From Dicyema japonicum (lineage: Eukaryota > Animalia > Dicyemida), in contig RDEW01000017.1 in NCBI GenBank assembly GCA_011109175.1, positions 751,855 to 815,854 on the forward strand: a DNA stretch of 64,000 nt, given 5' to 3'. This document shows positions 1 to 13,253 of this stretch, in pieces. The stretch's first letter is position 1. Each line of letters begins with the position of its first letter. The notes below the pieces were generated by a model. That model saw nothing but the letters and a program-made list of their open reading frames with translations. It had not been told where the DNA came from and ran no database searches. A program made the position numbers and the translations under genes.

Positions 1-935
1 CATTTGACACGGCAAGTCCTTCAAAACACAATTGGACTTCGCTGGAATGAGTCATTTGACGAAACTTGTCGGAAATGGAACGAGTCCGGACTCAAAATCC
101 CCGAAGACACAACGAAGCAAAGTAATTGGGATGACATTGTCTGCTCCAAAATTTTGGAAGACCTTAAAAAAGAAGCAAATAAACATCGTCTGGCTTGTTT
201 GGTGTCAGCTTCAAGTAGAGGGAGTTGAGCATGGCTTGGTGCAATACCTTGCCCAAACCTCGGGACCTTTTTGGACGACGATTCTTTGAGGATTGGAATC
301 GGACAAAGGCTGGGACTAGACGTTTGCCAGGAGCACCGATGCCGATGCGGGAAAACAGTCGATGCGAAAGGATTGCACCCGCTGTCCTGCAGAAGAAGCG
401 CCGGAAGGGGACCACGTCATGCTGCTCTGAATGATGTGATCGTCAGAGCTCTGAAGGCTTCAGGCTTCCCAGCACAGCTTGAACCAGTGGGTCTTGATCG
501 AGGAGATGGGAAGAGACCTGACGGGATGACCCATTTCCCCTTCACGTCTGGAAGATCTTTGGTCTGGGACGCAACTTGCATAGACACGTTCTCAAGCACG
601 AACATTTTTAAATCGGTTCAGACACCTGGAGCAGCTGCTTCGACTGCGGAAAACCTAAAAATCAAGAAATATTCTTGCCTCGGGGATCGCTACCGATTTA
701 CTCCTGTTGCGACCGAATCATCGGGAGCCGTTGGTCCAATGACGGCTGAATTCTTGCAAGAACTCGGAGAATTGCTTGCCAGGAAGAAAAGGGATCAACG
801 AGAAGGGTTATGGCTAAGACAAAAGATAGGAATAGCCATACTCCGACGGAACTCGTTCGCAATCCACGCAGCAGGCTTCCTCAACTGACATTTGTTTAAT
901 TGTTAAGAAAAATTTTTGTTTTAAAAAAAAATATC
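1..935 (+). mobile_element. CRE-like (restriction-like endonuclease) non-LTR retrotransposon, 3' part
   Basis: ORFs 4..228 and 271..888: CCHC-type finger (CRCG..HPLSC..H) then REL motif KRPDG...LVWDATC...EK..KY; short 3' UTR catttgtttaattgttaa + A-rich tail; near-identical copy at 19990-20819 (-). Confidence 0.85.
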
Positions 936-1199
936 AACAAATTTGAGAAAAAATGTGCAATTATTGTTTAATTTGAATCTGCTTTTATTTAATTATGTAA
1001 TGAGCGAAATATACAAAATTGAGTACTCAAATTCGAAAATTATTATATTTATAGTGATGACTATGGCAATTTTTTGCCGATAAAATGCCATTTTCATAAA
1101 AATTTCACCTTTTTTATAAGTTAAATCTACCGGATATGTTCATCCTTATTTATACAGCTACTATTGAACCTTTTCTGTTCTAGAGTCTTTCAGTGATGG

Positions 1200-2400
1200 T
1201 GTGGGAGCTAAGAATGAAGCAAATTCGTCGACTCTCTGGATAGATCAAGAAGATATGCCATTAAATTGGCATAGGATTGGATCAAAATCCATTTGAAGGT
1301 GGTGTAACTAATGAACAGTCATGTTAGTTGACCCTGCCAGCCACATTTCAAACTCATTAATTAGTTTCCTGGTGCTTTTTTCGACATCACGTTTAGAAAG
1401 GCATGTCTTGAGAAACGGTTCCCGTTCAATCTGCACAACAGTGGACGATAGCCATATTGATCGATCAAACTTCTACAACAATATTTTCACTCAGCACACA
1501 TTTTTAGATCAAAACGAAGAGAGGCGACTAATCTCATTGCTTCATAATCCAGCGGATTGCCAATAATAATGTATATTTAAAATCGCTTTAGGGGTTAACT
1601 CAATTTCATCATCAGGGAGATAGGAGATCTCCTTTATCACAATAAAGGAACTTAGGAAGTTGAAAAGAATTTTGGAAAGCAGGAGACAATTTTTGAGCAT
1701 AAAAAGTCCAACATGGCTGTCCAGAAAGATCAATCTATTGGCAAACTTTCCCATAAGCATCTTTTCTTCACTTAACGACTCCTTTATTCGATCTATATTC
1801 CATATTCATGGAAATCAAAAGAGTAGAAGTCCGTAATTCGAATATCTGTGACAAATCTTACGTTTTTTTCCAAGAAAGCAAAAGATTCCGAACTCATGTT
1901 GAAGTTTACTTCATTTTTCTTTGTGTTAACTTAAAGCCAAATCTGTGACAATTCTCGGAATGATTAGTTTTGAAAGGACATTTTCAAGACTTTCTCCTGG
2001 TATGTAATCGTCCAGAAAAGTACAGATATCCAATGAAAAAAGAAGGGGACCAAGTGGGTCACATTGCTGTACTCCCGTCTTAAAAATGATTTCATTTCCA
2101 AAAACGAGAGGAAATGCTCGAATCTATAGGTGTCAAAACGATAAATTTTCGGCTTTTATCTAAAGCAAACGTCAAGGATGATATCTCTTCTGGCCGAGTT
2201 GAAAGCGTTACGGAGATCAAACTTTAAAATTGTGTTATCCTCGGCTTCCGGTGATAGCGTGACGAACTCCCTAACCGAATGGACCCACATTTTGAATCCG
2301 CCTCTGATTCCCACGCCCACCTCTAATAGACAAAAATCGGCGGAAATACTCGCAATGACCGATCGACAGACAATCTTTTACATTTTAGTCACCAAAATAA
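1200..2400 (-). mobile_element. Degenerate CRE-like RT relic
   Basis: Minus strand ~2044-2076 reads GVQQCDPLGPLLFSL (CRE RT motif GVQQGDPLGP), followed by FLDD; many stops; boundaries approximate. Confidence 0.6.
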
Positions 2401-2573
2401 ATTTAAAATTTAAAATAATTTACTTACAATTTTTTTTTTAAATATATACTAGAACGAGTTTTCTATCATTGTTGGTATCAATTTTTGAATTTATTTAGAT
2501 AATTATTTCAGATATTAAAGATGATGGGGAAAACAAAGTTTGCTGGAATTTGTGGCAGTATTTATATATTTCA

Positions 2574-3613
2574 ATGCTTTTAAGGTTTATTTAAGAATAC
2601 GTTTCGAAATTGTTATACAGCAACAAGATCAAATATAGAAATAAATAAAAATACTCGAGTTATTTGTCAAGGCTTTACTGGAAGACAAGGCACTTTTCAC
2701 TGCAAGGCTTCATTAGATTATGGGACTCAAATTGTTGGGGGTGTCTCCAGGAAAAGGTGGAAGCATGCATATGGGTTTGCCGGTATTTGATACAGTCGCA
2801 CAAGTATTATAAAAATTGCATTGTAGGCAAAGCAGAGACAGGAGCAACTGCAAGTTTGATTTTTGTGCCTGCCCCAGTTGCTTCTGCGGCAATCGAAGAA
2901 GCAATTGATGCTGAATTGCCATTAGTTGTTTGCATAACTGAAGGGATTCCTCAACATGACATGATCCATATTAAAAAGAAATTGATGGCTCAGAAAATTA
3001 CTCGAATGATAGGACCAAATTGTCCAGGAATAATAAAAGTAACTATAATCATGACATTTTAGCCGGATCAATGCCGCATTGGTATAATGCCTAGTAGTAT
3101 CCATAAACTTGGTTGTATTGGTTTGTATTTTTTTAATTTTTAGGAATTGTTAGTCGATCTGGTACGTTGACGTATGAAGCCGTTCATCAAACTACAAGAA
3201 ACGGTTTGGGACAAAATTTGGTAGTCGGAATTGGTGGAGATCCATTTTCCGGAACAAATTTTATTGACTGTCTTGATATATTCTTGAAAAATGATCAAGT
3301 GAAAGGAATTTTGTTAATTGGTGAAATTGGTGGTGATGAAGAAGAAAAGGCTGCTGAGTATCTTCTTATCAACAATAAAGTAGTTCAATGAATAACCATA
3401 AAGGGTCCAAATGCTAAACCAGTTGCTTCCTTTATCGCTGGTAGAACTGCTCCTCCTGGAAGGAGAATGGGGCATGCCGGAGCTATAATTTCTGGTAATA
3501 AAGGAACAGCTGATGCGAAAATATCGGCTTTGAAGGAAGCTGGTGTAAATGTGACATTATCGCCAGCACAAATGGGCAGTGCTATGTTCGAGGCAATGAA
3601 TGGAGTTAACTAA
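2574..3613 (+). CDS. SUCLG1: Succinyl-CoA ligase alpha subunit, mitochondrial
   Basis: [55 protein letters not shown]; introns 2804-2826, 3039-3062, 3121-3143, 3380-3403; three small indels (~2586, ~2729, ~2830) are needed to keep frame. Confidence 0.95.
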
Positions 3614-4014
3614 ACATGATTGATCTAACCATTAATATGATTTTTGTCGGTTATAAATTAATTTATTAGTTCAATTTTTTAATTTAATGGAAATAAGGGA
3701 TGCATTTTTACGCTTTATGCCTATTCAATTGTACTAGAATCTAATTACTGTAAGACTTTGAATTCTACAAGATCTGAAAGCCTCTATGAAACTTTGCGAA
3801 GCCATTTTTTTAAATCTTGAATTTTTGTTAAATGTGATTATGTTAGTTTTTAAGTTTGTTTGTGATCGAGTGAGAAAAAATCAAATTTCAAAGTGTCCGA
3901 AATAACGTACACCAGAGAAAGCTTCCAATATCACATACAAGTTCATGCTGAATCAGTAAAAAACAAAGTCTAATCTTTGCGGTCATGGCAATTTCTCTAA
4001 TGAATGATTTTTTT

Positions 4015-4985
4015 ACCCCAAGATCACCGGATTAGAAAAAGTTAACTATCAACTAAGTGATCCCGGTTTTCCGGGTTCTGGCTCTCGTTCGGGGTCCTCG
4101 AAGATCAACAGAATTGGTAGAAACGGGGACGGTCTCATTCTCCATAGATTCCCGCATTTTCTAGACAGTCAGATATAGAGAGTGAAAGCGGACAGCCGGT
4201 TTTCATTGCCCACTGTAGAAATGATTTCACTCTTCACCTTAGGTGTTCTTTAACATTCAATACGTTATCCACAGTTTTTTATTTATTATTTTCAAGGCAG
4301 CAAGTTGTGCGGCTTCTAATTTTTGAGACGACGTTTCAGAAATCATCGAGCTCCAGGAAGGACATGCGTATTCGATTACTGGCAGTATGTATTGTCTGTA
4401 AGTTTTCTGTAGTAAGAAGATGTTGCGCCCGATAGGTGATCGGGACAAAATTTTCAATATGTTGGTCCTCCTCCTGACCTTGGTAATAACTTCATTGACG
4501 TGTTGGCCGAATGTCAAGAGAGTGTCCAACTTTAATCCTAGTATTGTTGGAGACTTATTCATAGGAATTTCATATCCAAACAATTTGATTTTGGGAGAGT
4601 ATAATGTTCTTCTATGTGTAGAGAAAATTCTTATAAACGGTAGAAACTTCTAGTCGATTTGATATGAGCCAATGTTCCAACATACCAATATAACTTTGAA
4701 GTTTCATCTCTGCCTACTCATAGTTAGAGTCTCTCGTCACAAGAACAATGTCATCTGCATATGAGAGTATCAATGTATCGGGATCGTTATTGGTGGGAAG
4801 GTCATTGGTGTACAGGTTAAAGATCAGGGGAGAGAGAGGTGAACCTTGAGGGACACCATTCGGCAATAAACGGGATTTAGATTTTCTGTTGTCTGACATC
4901 ACTTGTCCTTTTCTTCCATTTAAAAAGTTCGACAGCCATCTTTTAATGTTTGGATTTATAAGAGTGTCAGAAATTTTTCGTCATC
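4015..4985 (-). mobile_element. 5'-truncated Ingi/Vingi-like LINE (RT C-terminal half and 3' end)
   Basis: NGVPQGSPLSPLIFNLY, YADD, PTILGLKLD; ORF ends KTGIT* (4053-4067); 3' terminus CGGTGATCTTGGGGT at 4015-4029. Confidence 0.85.
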
Positions 4986-6017
4986 AGTCTCGTCATCTAT
5001 AGTTTCAAGGAGCGCTCGGAAACTCTCAATGACTTTAGGTGCACAAACAAATGCCAGTGCTTGAATACTTTTAATTAAGTTTGCATTTGCTGGGTCATAC
5101 CATGCCTGCAGTCCTAGATTTTGTATTTTTCGCCATAAACACTGCCCAAAGTGAAAGTAGCAGCCATACACATTTGCATTTGGAAAAATTCTGTTGATAC
5201 CATTGATCGCTGCTAGCTCATAATCTATGGTAAATGATAGTGGATTCAATTGTGGCCTTTTCTCTTTAAGTGTTGAAAATATTTGTTCATACATTTGTTG
5301 AGATTTTTCTCGAGCAATAGCGTACACTAATGGAACCGTACATGTTTTACATAATGTAACATGTATAGTGTATAACTGAAAACCTAATGGAGCTGAATCA
5401 AAAGTACCATCACATAACCAATGTTCTTTCATAGACATAAGATCAAGGTTTCTTGCTGTTGTTAATATAAGCAATCCATCACTATCGTGTAGCACAAAAT
5501 CATCTCCTCTGAGAGTACTTTTAAGTTCATCAGTTAGAACATTACCGTCTTGTATTTGATCTGTATGCTGTCGTCGAACAGTACGTGCAAGGGTTTCTTT
5601 TTTGGGTAGCGCACAAGCAGCATCAATGGGGTATGTGCTTAAACAATTTTGGATAACTGTGGATGTATTTCTTCAGAATCTCTCGCTCTCTTCTTTACCG
5701 TATTGACGGTTTTCAGCGCATGTAAACGTCCTGCATTTAGTGGATGTTCGTGTGGTGTCATAGTTCCATTAAGTTCTTCGTTATCAGTTCTTACTCTGCC
5801 TTTGCATTTTCCTTTCAGCTCACATCTCCAATATATGACATTGTCTCTTTGTCTATCCATAATGTACGCATAGCCATCATGTATAAGTTTTCTCTTTCCA
5901 CGAGTATTTTGTGAAAATTCCATTTTTACCGTTATTAAAATACATAGTGTATTTATTGATCATTTATGCTTAATTTAATTGTCGGCTAAACGTCTGTCGG
6001 CCAAATGTCCTAGTACC
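4985..6017 (-). mobile_element. MULE (Mutator-like) DNA transposon, 5' half: TIR + FLYWCH + transposase
   Basis: ORF 5639..5923 FLYWCH (LIHDGYAY..YWRC..CKGR..HEH); ORF 4956..5495 MULE DDE (WLCDGTF, DYELAAIN, GCYFHFGQ); terminal 15-bp repeats gtcggctaaacgtct/gtcggccaaatgtcc at 5981-6010 ending tagtacc; second TIR not found. Confidence 0.85.
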
Positions 6018-6019
6018 TC

Positions 6020-6390
6020 TCCAGTACGTGCATTAGCTCTTGCGTTTGATGTGTGTCGAAAGCACGGGATAATTCAATTCCAAGATTGAGATTTCTTCTT
6101 TGTATTTCTAGCACATATCCATCTGTGGCTCCATACAAAGTCTGCCGTCGACCTTCAAGGTTTGAATCCACTTTGACTTGGATTCAGAAACTCATTTACA
6201 GGGCCTGAAATACGATCCAGCACAACAAAGAAGAGTATTTTCCTTATCGAATTCATTAGTGTAATCGGGCGTAGGCTGTTTAGATTTCCTCTTTCCTTTC
6301 CAGGTTTCTGAACTAAGATCAAGGTGCCATTCCCCGCATCAAATGGACTGTGACATTTGAACGTTCTGTTCAGGACTGTGCAGATTATTG
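6020..6390 (-). mobile_element. RTE-clade LINE RT fragment
   Basis: GTLILVQKPGK..LRPITLMN..SQSGFKP..STADFVWSHRW, homologous to RTEs at 35104-37000 and 41910-44740. Confidence 0.75.
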
Positions 6391-6514
6391 TATTTCTAAA
6401 AGTTTAATAAATTTTAAAATACAATTTTAATAATAATTTTAATTAATTCAATACTTAGTGGTTTGTTTCTTTGTGTTATTTATTTTTATTTAGTTTATTT
6501 TGAATTTGAGTACA

Positions 6515-6909
6515 ATGTCGCGAATCTCTTTAACTATTAATTCGTTAAGACGACCATTACTGGTTAATTGTGCGTACAAAAATCAACGAATGTCTTCGCA
6601 ATTCATGCGTCCGTGGACAGAGGGATTTACAAAGAAAGAAAAATCAATTGTAAGAAGGACGCATTTGGATTATTTGGAAATACCAGTCCTTCCTTTTAAT
6701 CCAACCATCAAAAAACTTAATAATGAATGGAATATGTTATTATTAGCTTCATCAATATTTCTCTATTTGGATTTTATTTTCTCTATACTACTGATGCTTT
6801 GAATTTTCATTTTAAATTTAAATATCAGATTAGAAAACTTAAATTCGATCCTGAGCCTGGACTGGTAAACAATTATTATGAGAAGTATGGAAATAAAAAT
6901 ACTACTTGA
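6515..6909 (+). CDS. Small single-pass mitochondrial protein, tentatively complex I NDUFB8-like
   Basis: Basic presequence MSRISLTINSLRRPLL, one hydrophobic helix, C-terminal NNYYEKYG resembling NDUFB8 NNLYLERG; one homopolymer indel ~6765; family assignment is weak. Confidence 0.5.
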
Positions 6910-7021
6910 TTAATTTACTTTAACATTCACTAACCTAATTTTTCAGTTTGGTTTTAATTATTTGTTTTTTCTTGCCTATCACGATTGCAACGGAGATCAA
7001 CTGGAGAATCTACTGAGTATC

Positions 7022-7431
7022 ATTATTTATTTATTAACCCCAGGCTTACAATCTTTGGTAAGCTTAGCAAAAACAGTCATTAATCTAAGGGAGAATGTCT
7101 ATTAGTGCCGACCAAATCAATCTTCCAAGTGTGCCGACCAAATCAATCTTCCAATAGCCCACTACAGGCTTCCGTTGCGAAGAGAGGTGGACAGGTAGTT
7201 CCACTTTCTTCCATTTTCATCGTATGTCCTACCGTCACTGACATCACTTTATAATGGTTATCTTCACTAGTGGATTTGGCAAGGGAGATGATAGGAAAAT
7301 CTCTTTCAACTACTATGTCGTGCCAGAAGGACTCTTCGCTTCATGGGTGGGATCTGTTTGACTAAAATTTACCTTCGCTAAAAACTCCATCTTTCGAATT
7401 TGAACCACGACCTTCAGATCCGGTGTCATCA
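7022..7431 (-). mobile_element. SINE copy 1 (B-box head, 3' hairpin, TA-rich tail)
   Basis: Homologous over ~400 bp to 48821-49236; B-box-like GGTTCAAATTC at 7396-7406; internal 24-bp duplication at 7105-7128 and 7131-7154; ends CCTGGGGTTAATAAATAA. Confidence 0.75.
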
Positions 7432-7559
7432 TACTTTCAGCCAGAAGGCTCATTCTTTGTTTTAAAACAAATATAACTAATTATTAGGGCAACTAATTGT
7501 TGTTCAATAAAAATAAACAAAATTTGGTATTTGATAAAAATAAATTTAATAAGAAATTC

Positions 7560-7730
7560 AGGAATCCTTGGCCCCAAGCAGATGAGTTGGTTCGTAAGAT
7601 CGGCTCCATGATTCAAGCTGTGACCAAGGATCCGCGAGAAACTGGTTGGTTCCGAGAACGTATCTCGTTGGCTATTGTTAGGGGAAATAGCATGGTCATT
7701 CAAATGCCTTAATTTAATTTTTATTCATTT
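7560..7730 (+). mobile_element. CRE-like 3' tip
   Basis: GILGPQADELVRKIG..RETGWFRERISLAIVRGNS; related fragment at 19255-19400 (-). Confidence 0.7.
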
Positions 7731-7824
7731 GATAATAAAACCATAGATGGAAAAAAATAAGAAATTTAGTCACATTTTATCCAAAAATAAATTGCTATTC
7801 TTTGATATCACTATTTTTATTTAC

Positions 7825-8935
7825 AATTAAGTTGAACTGCGTGGCTATTCCCTCCCAGATGGTTAGCGAGATTCGCTCAAATAATCAGCAGCGCTCACGA
7901 GGGTCTCCTAATAGTGTAGAAATCCGATTTCCTAGACGACTCAAAAATTCCAGCGTCGCAGGCGCAAGGGAACCAGACGTCTCAATGGCGATTGGAACGC
8001 AGAAAAAATCATTGGGTAGGGCCGTGTACTTTGCCAGTTTCAACCTCTCGGCCCTCTCAGCGGCAGAACATGCTCCAGAGACACTCTGGAGTAGGTTGCA
8101 AGGGGCAAACGTGTCGGTGCAGGTAACGCCCCAGACGAGAAGTTTCCTGGCTTCAAAAAAGAAGATTGTCATTCCATCTGGGCGTTTTCCGTCACGCCTG
8201 CAAAGACCGACTGGTTCGACATAGAGGGGTGTCCGGCGTCGTCCAAAGCTCGCCTAATTACTTCGTTCAAGGCTATGTGTCTGGGGAATCTGCCTGCACT
8301 CTTCCTGCAGGAGAGAGGGTATATGGCAAAACAGTCGATCTGGTTTCCGCATTGGCATGGATGTGGAACACAGACTTTTAATTCCATTCGTAACGAGATC
8401 CCAATACGGACGCATTCATCATCCAGAAAAGTACCCAAAACTCCATTGGGAATGACGTTGAACCAGGCACCGCTGTCGGAAGACTCCCCCGATAACAAAC
8501 AGGCACGGCAATGTTGGCTAGATGACACTAGCAAATCTTCGAAAGAATTTCAGCATATAGCATCGTCCAGGCCCTGCTGAGAGAACGCGGAAGGCAGGGA
8601 AAGCTGATAAGTACGGCTTTAGGCCTGCGTCCTGGTCAATAGAGAATTCAAGAAGGGAGTGTAGAATTCTCTTGATAAGGGTGTTACAGGCCATTAGCGA
8701 CGATAGATATGCAGGGAGAGAAAGGTCTACAGGGTTGCGAATTCCAAACCCTTCGAGTCTCACTAGCAGCGTGGCTTTCTTCCATAAGTATTCCTTGAAC
8801 TGAACGTTGAAGATAGCTCAGCTGACGTACGGAAGATCCCGTTAATCTGTGCGAGTTGGCCACACTGGGTGAAATAGGGAGCAGTCTTCAAGACATATGC
8901 AACCCTCTGTACGTTGAAACTGTTTTTCAGGAAGA
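7825..8935 (-). mobile_element. CRE-like non-LTR retrotransposon, degenerate 3' half
   Basis: SGAWFNVIP..LGTFLDD, CQCG..LSC..H, LVWGVTCTDTF, PIAIETSG (ORFs 8169..8534, 7885..8172). Confidence 0.8.
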
Positions 8936-9168
8936 ATTATTACGTATGCATGTCAAATAGACACAAGCGGTCCACTGAATTACCCTGTCACTTCATTCAT
9001 TCTTTAAAATGACCTATAGTTGACACGCGCTTTAACACGTGCTTGAATGCAGAGATAAATTTTTCCTCCGAGGTTGTTGCTTGGTTTTTAGAGTCTTTCA
9101 GAATAAAAGATCGGATGTATTTATCCTTAATACACTAGAGTCAATAAAATCTCCATAATTGTGAAAAT

Positions 9169-9600
9169 GTCATTGTGGGCCTTGTGGTTCGCTTTTTCTG
9201 GTGACGACTATGTGATTTGTCACAGTAAAAAACCTGTAACCCTTATTAATTCAGGAAGATTATTTTGTTTGGATGACATCTCTCTTGGCTCTATTATCTC
9301 AATTTGGTAGAATCTCTGTTCATCCTTGCTGGAATGTCGAAATTAATCTCGGTCTCTATGACGGTCTAACCCTCATACAACTGAACACTAACGGAGTAAA
9401 AGAAAAGATAACTGAACTCTTTCAATTCCTATTCATACACAAAATTGGTTTTTCACGAGAAAAGAGTTCTACCCACTCTTACCCTCTCCTACTTGCCTGG
9501 ATTCGACAAGACTGTTCGTCTGGTAGCGGAGATAGAATCATCACCCTTGTCAGGAAAAGGATTACCTATAACGTGAACATATATAAAGATCACTGACCAT
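9169..9600 (+). mobile_element. 5' end of a Vingi-like LINE (5' structure, decayed 2A, APE start)
   Basis: TGTGGTTC-GCT-TTTTCT-GGT leader at ~9183; CWNVEINLGL (decayed CGDVEINPGP) at 9327-9356; then LTLIQLNTNGVKEKITEL (APE N-terminus). Confidence 0.7.
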
Positions 9601-9649
9601 ATTAAACAGATTTGGATCGCTCACCACGAAGAGGAAAAATGATAGATAA

Positions 9650-11496
9650 GAAAGGAGTTGGCTAATTGACTGGGAATTCATATCAGCCAGAATCAGGATG
9701 ATGAAGGAAGCAATCAGCAATATATGGAAGGTGGAGACTGACCGTATATGGAGGGTTGAGGCTGCAAAAATTGATATGAAGAATCCCTCTTTTTGGAAAT
9801 GCTATCAGAAGATAATGTGTCCGAAGTCGGGTGCAGAAAAAATTATACTGGATAAACCAGACGGGGGAGTATGCATAACGGAGGAAACACCTTCGATATT
9901 CAGGGACCAGCTCCAAAAAATTCAGGCTGTGGATCCGTGGAGTTTGATCCCTGATGACAAAAAGAAGGTGTCTGCCGATATATTTAAACACTCCGACGAG
10001 GAACACCCATTGCTGATAGCACTGTCAGCATCTTTGAAGTGATGACAGCTATCAGGGAATGCTAGGTCAATACTCCAGGATATTACCACATATCAATGAA
10101 ACTTATTAAAGAGGGTCCGGATATTTTGTTTGACTATCTGCGATGTCTTTATGATGGGTGTTTGACTTGGTCACTTGCCTTTAATATGGAAGAAAGCTGT
10201 TGTAAGGATGATTCCAAAACCAGGGAAGCCAAAGAGAGATCCGGCAAGCTACAGACCAATTAGCTTAATATGTTCTTTCGCGAAAGTGATTGAACGTATC
10301 ATTTTCAAAAGGCTAAGCAGACATATAGAAGAAAACGACTTTCTGATTCCGGAGCAGTGGGGTTTTCGTCCCGGAAGAGGCTGTGCAGACTGTTTCTTTC
10401 TACTGAATTCTGAAATCATGAAAGCAAATAATTCCAAGAGACAAATAAACTTATTATGTCTTGATATCTCGAAAGCATTCGACAGTGTATGCCATGAAGC
10501 GTTGTTAAAGCAGCTTGTATCAGCATGTGTTCAAAGATACCTATTTGTTTGGCTAAGAAATTATCTTCAGGAAAGACAATCTTTTGTGAAGGTGTGTGGA
10601 TATATATCTGATGCAATATCATTCAAAGGAGGAGTACCTCTAAGTTCAGTATTGAGCCCTATTTTGTTTAATATATTTATGGCGAGTTTTCCACGTCCGA
10701 GAATATTAATACTAGTCTTCTAATTTATGCGGATAACGTAATTGTGGTGGACACATCTCTAAAATCTTCTATATCTGAAGGAAGAATCTGGGAGTATGTC
10801 GACCAGATTGAGAATTGGTGCAACTTGAGAGGGCTAAAGCTCTCTGCTGAAAAATCTTGCGCACTCCGAATAAGCAGTTTGAAAAAGCACCTGAAACAAG
10901 AATACACACTGTGAGTAAACAATTCACACAGTCTGCGCTACCTGGGGGTCGACTATGGACACACAGGAGATTACATGGACGACATAAAGGGGAGGAGAAA
11001 GAGAGCCTTTCAGTCGCTCCTATGTACACGGAAGTTACACGTTAGCCGTGACACTTACCAGTTTATCTTTAAGGGAGTTATTCTCCCTAGCCTACTTTAT
11101 GGGTGCGAGGGGTGGTTCTTCTCTCCGAAGAGGGACAAGATCTTATCCCTCCTAGAGAAGACTAGAAGAGCTGCAATTAAGCTCTCCTTAAACAAGAAAC
11201 TGAAAGACTGTCTAAACGAGGACGAAAACAAACGCTTGGAACCGATTAGCAAGATTGTGGAGGATCGGATCAATGGTTTCAGGAGGAGATCAAAGGTCCA
11301 GGACACATATATAAAGCTGAGAGAATAAAGATTAAAAAGCTGGGAGAAACGTTCCGAAAAAGATTAATAATAAAAATAAATAAAAAAAGGAGGAAGGGTC
11401 CAGGTGTGGAGTCCAAGCCTTATGGTAGGACTCAGATGTAATACCCTCCAGAAATCTCCTTAACTCTATTGTCAATAAATCGTTGTTGTTGTTGTT
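9650..11496 (+). mobile_element. I/Jockey-group LINE RT region with 3' UTR, AATAAA and (GTT)5 tail
   Basis: IPKPGKPK..YRPISL, QWGFRPG, LDISKAFDSV, GVPLSSVLSP, YAD; tail 11482-11496; may be contiguous with 9169-9600 through an internal deletion. Confidence 0.8.
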
Positions 11497-11689
11497 AATT
11501 GATCGTATTTCTTTCCAAATCGCAAAGTAAATGCGTTCTCGATTATAAGAGCAGCCAGTAATTGCTAACTGTTTTTTTCTTTAATTGGCTTGATAAATTT
11601 AAAAAAAGAAAAAAAGAGATTAAGTACGTGTAACCGTAATGGCATGTGACATTTATCCACTCCGATATAATTGACGCACTTTTTGCCTC

Positions 11690-11790
11690 TCACGATCAAC
11701 TGGAGGTGCCACTGAGTTTCGCGGATGTCATACTTCTGCGTTTCCAGATGGCCCAGGTTCTTGAGGAAAGATAAAGTGATAATAATTAAA
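11690..11790 (-). mobile_element. CRE-like 3' tip
   Basis: Shares ATGACRTCCGYGAAACTCAGTGG with the 56620-56800 fragment. Confidence 0.5.
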
Positions 11791-11833
11791 GTTTATTCTC
11801 AAAAACAAAATTATTTACAAATCGAATTTAAAG

Positions 11834-13253
11834 TTAAAAAGATTTTGGAACTTTAATAGATTCCTTTGAAATATCTTGACGAATATTTATTCCAAATTCA
11901 GATCTAGTCGGTTATTATAAATAATACTTAGGAAAAATTTTTAAATCTTTAATATCGACATAACATTCTCTCCCGACTCGCAATCTTTCTATAGCATTCC
12001 TATAAAAATTTCTAATATTTTAAACCATCCAATCATAACAGCATTGTCAGTGCAAAGATGTCTGGGTGGTGCTTCAACATTATATTTAAAGTGTTTTTGA
12101 CAATAATCTCGCAACCCATTGAGTAAAAATTTATTACTAGCAACACCTCCTGAAACAACCTAATATAAATTTAATAAATCAAATTAAGACTAATGTTCCT
12201 CCAGTATCTGGAAGAAATTTTTTAGTGTGGCAAAAAATAATGGCTCTTCCAATTCTTCTGGTAATATGAAACAGCAAGGAGCGTTGAAAACAATCCGCAA
12301 TTTCAGAGATTTCAAATTCATCAAGTACTGCTGCTGAATTTTCACAACTAAATAAAAATATGAATTTATACTATTCTTTTTTCTTTTGGCAATAATACGA
12401 TCAAAATGTGAATGCATACCGCTCAATGAAAAATCACAAGATCGGTTGCTTTTATAAGCTTCAATAATTGGTAGGTTTGAGTTGCCAGCAGCTTTTAAAG
12501 CCATGTGTTCTATGGCAGACCCTCCTGGAATATTACTAAATTGAGGAAATGAATTCAGACCAAGCGACCTGGCAATCTAATATGAAATTAAGATAATAAC
12601 CTTATCATAAACATCACCGGGAGATTCATCAATAGTTTTTCCAAGAAGATAAAAATCAGAATCACTTTTGACCAAAACGAGAAGCATATTACCTCCACTA
12701 ATAAGAAGGCATAGATAAGGGTATTTTACGCTGGAAATAAGTTAAAAACTTTCTGACTTATTTCGACAAAACAGTACAGTTAATGCATGCGCTTCCATGT
12801 GATGAACAGGAATAATCGGTATACTACATGAAATTAAAAATGTAACTTGTATTGAAAGCTAATGGATTTTGCGTATTCGACACCTATGGATAATGATGCC
12901 TTTAGTCCCGGTCTATTTGTAACAGCTATGGCCATGATTTCCTTAAAATATGTGGACAAAATTTTACAGATAACGTTAGGTTAGCTTTATCTAAGCAAGT
13001 TTGAACAACAAAGTTTATGCATTCTGAATGAAGTCTGCAAGCAATTGAAGGAACAATTCCGCCAAGACTATCTCGAAAATACAATATAAAAATAGTACGC
13101 ATTGCTTGTTCGAGTTTGTGATTGAATGTATTCTGAGATTACATCTCCATTTAATTTTAAAATCGCACAACATGTATCATCACAGCTAGTTTCAATGGCC
13201 AACAAATTTTTAAGAGTTGAAAACTTGCGAAATCCACCATACAAACGTATCAT
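11834..13253 (-). CDS. OSGEPL1: Mitochondrial tRNA t6A biosynthesis protein (TsaD/Qri7 family)
   Basis: LAIETSCDDT, GGIVP, HHMEAH, LLISGG, DESPGDVYDK, VVSGGVASN, LCTDNAVMIGW; about 9 introns of 23-31 nt (e.g. 13068-13098); one homopolymer indel ~12380. Confidence 0.93.

Noticed and set aside
4053-4067. GGATCACTTA as an rRNA 3'-end or anti-Shine-Dalgarno fragment
   Set aside because: It is the coding end (TGIT*) of LINE ORFs; no flanking rRNA homology.
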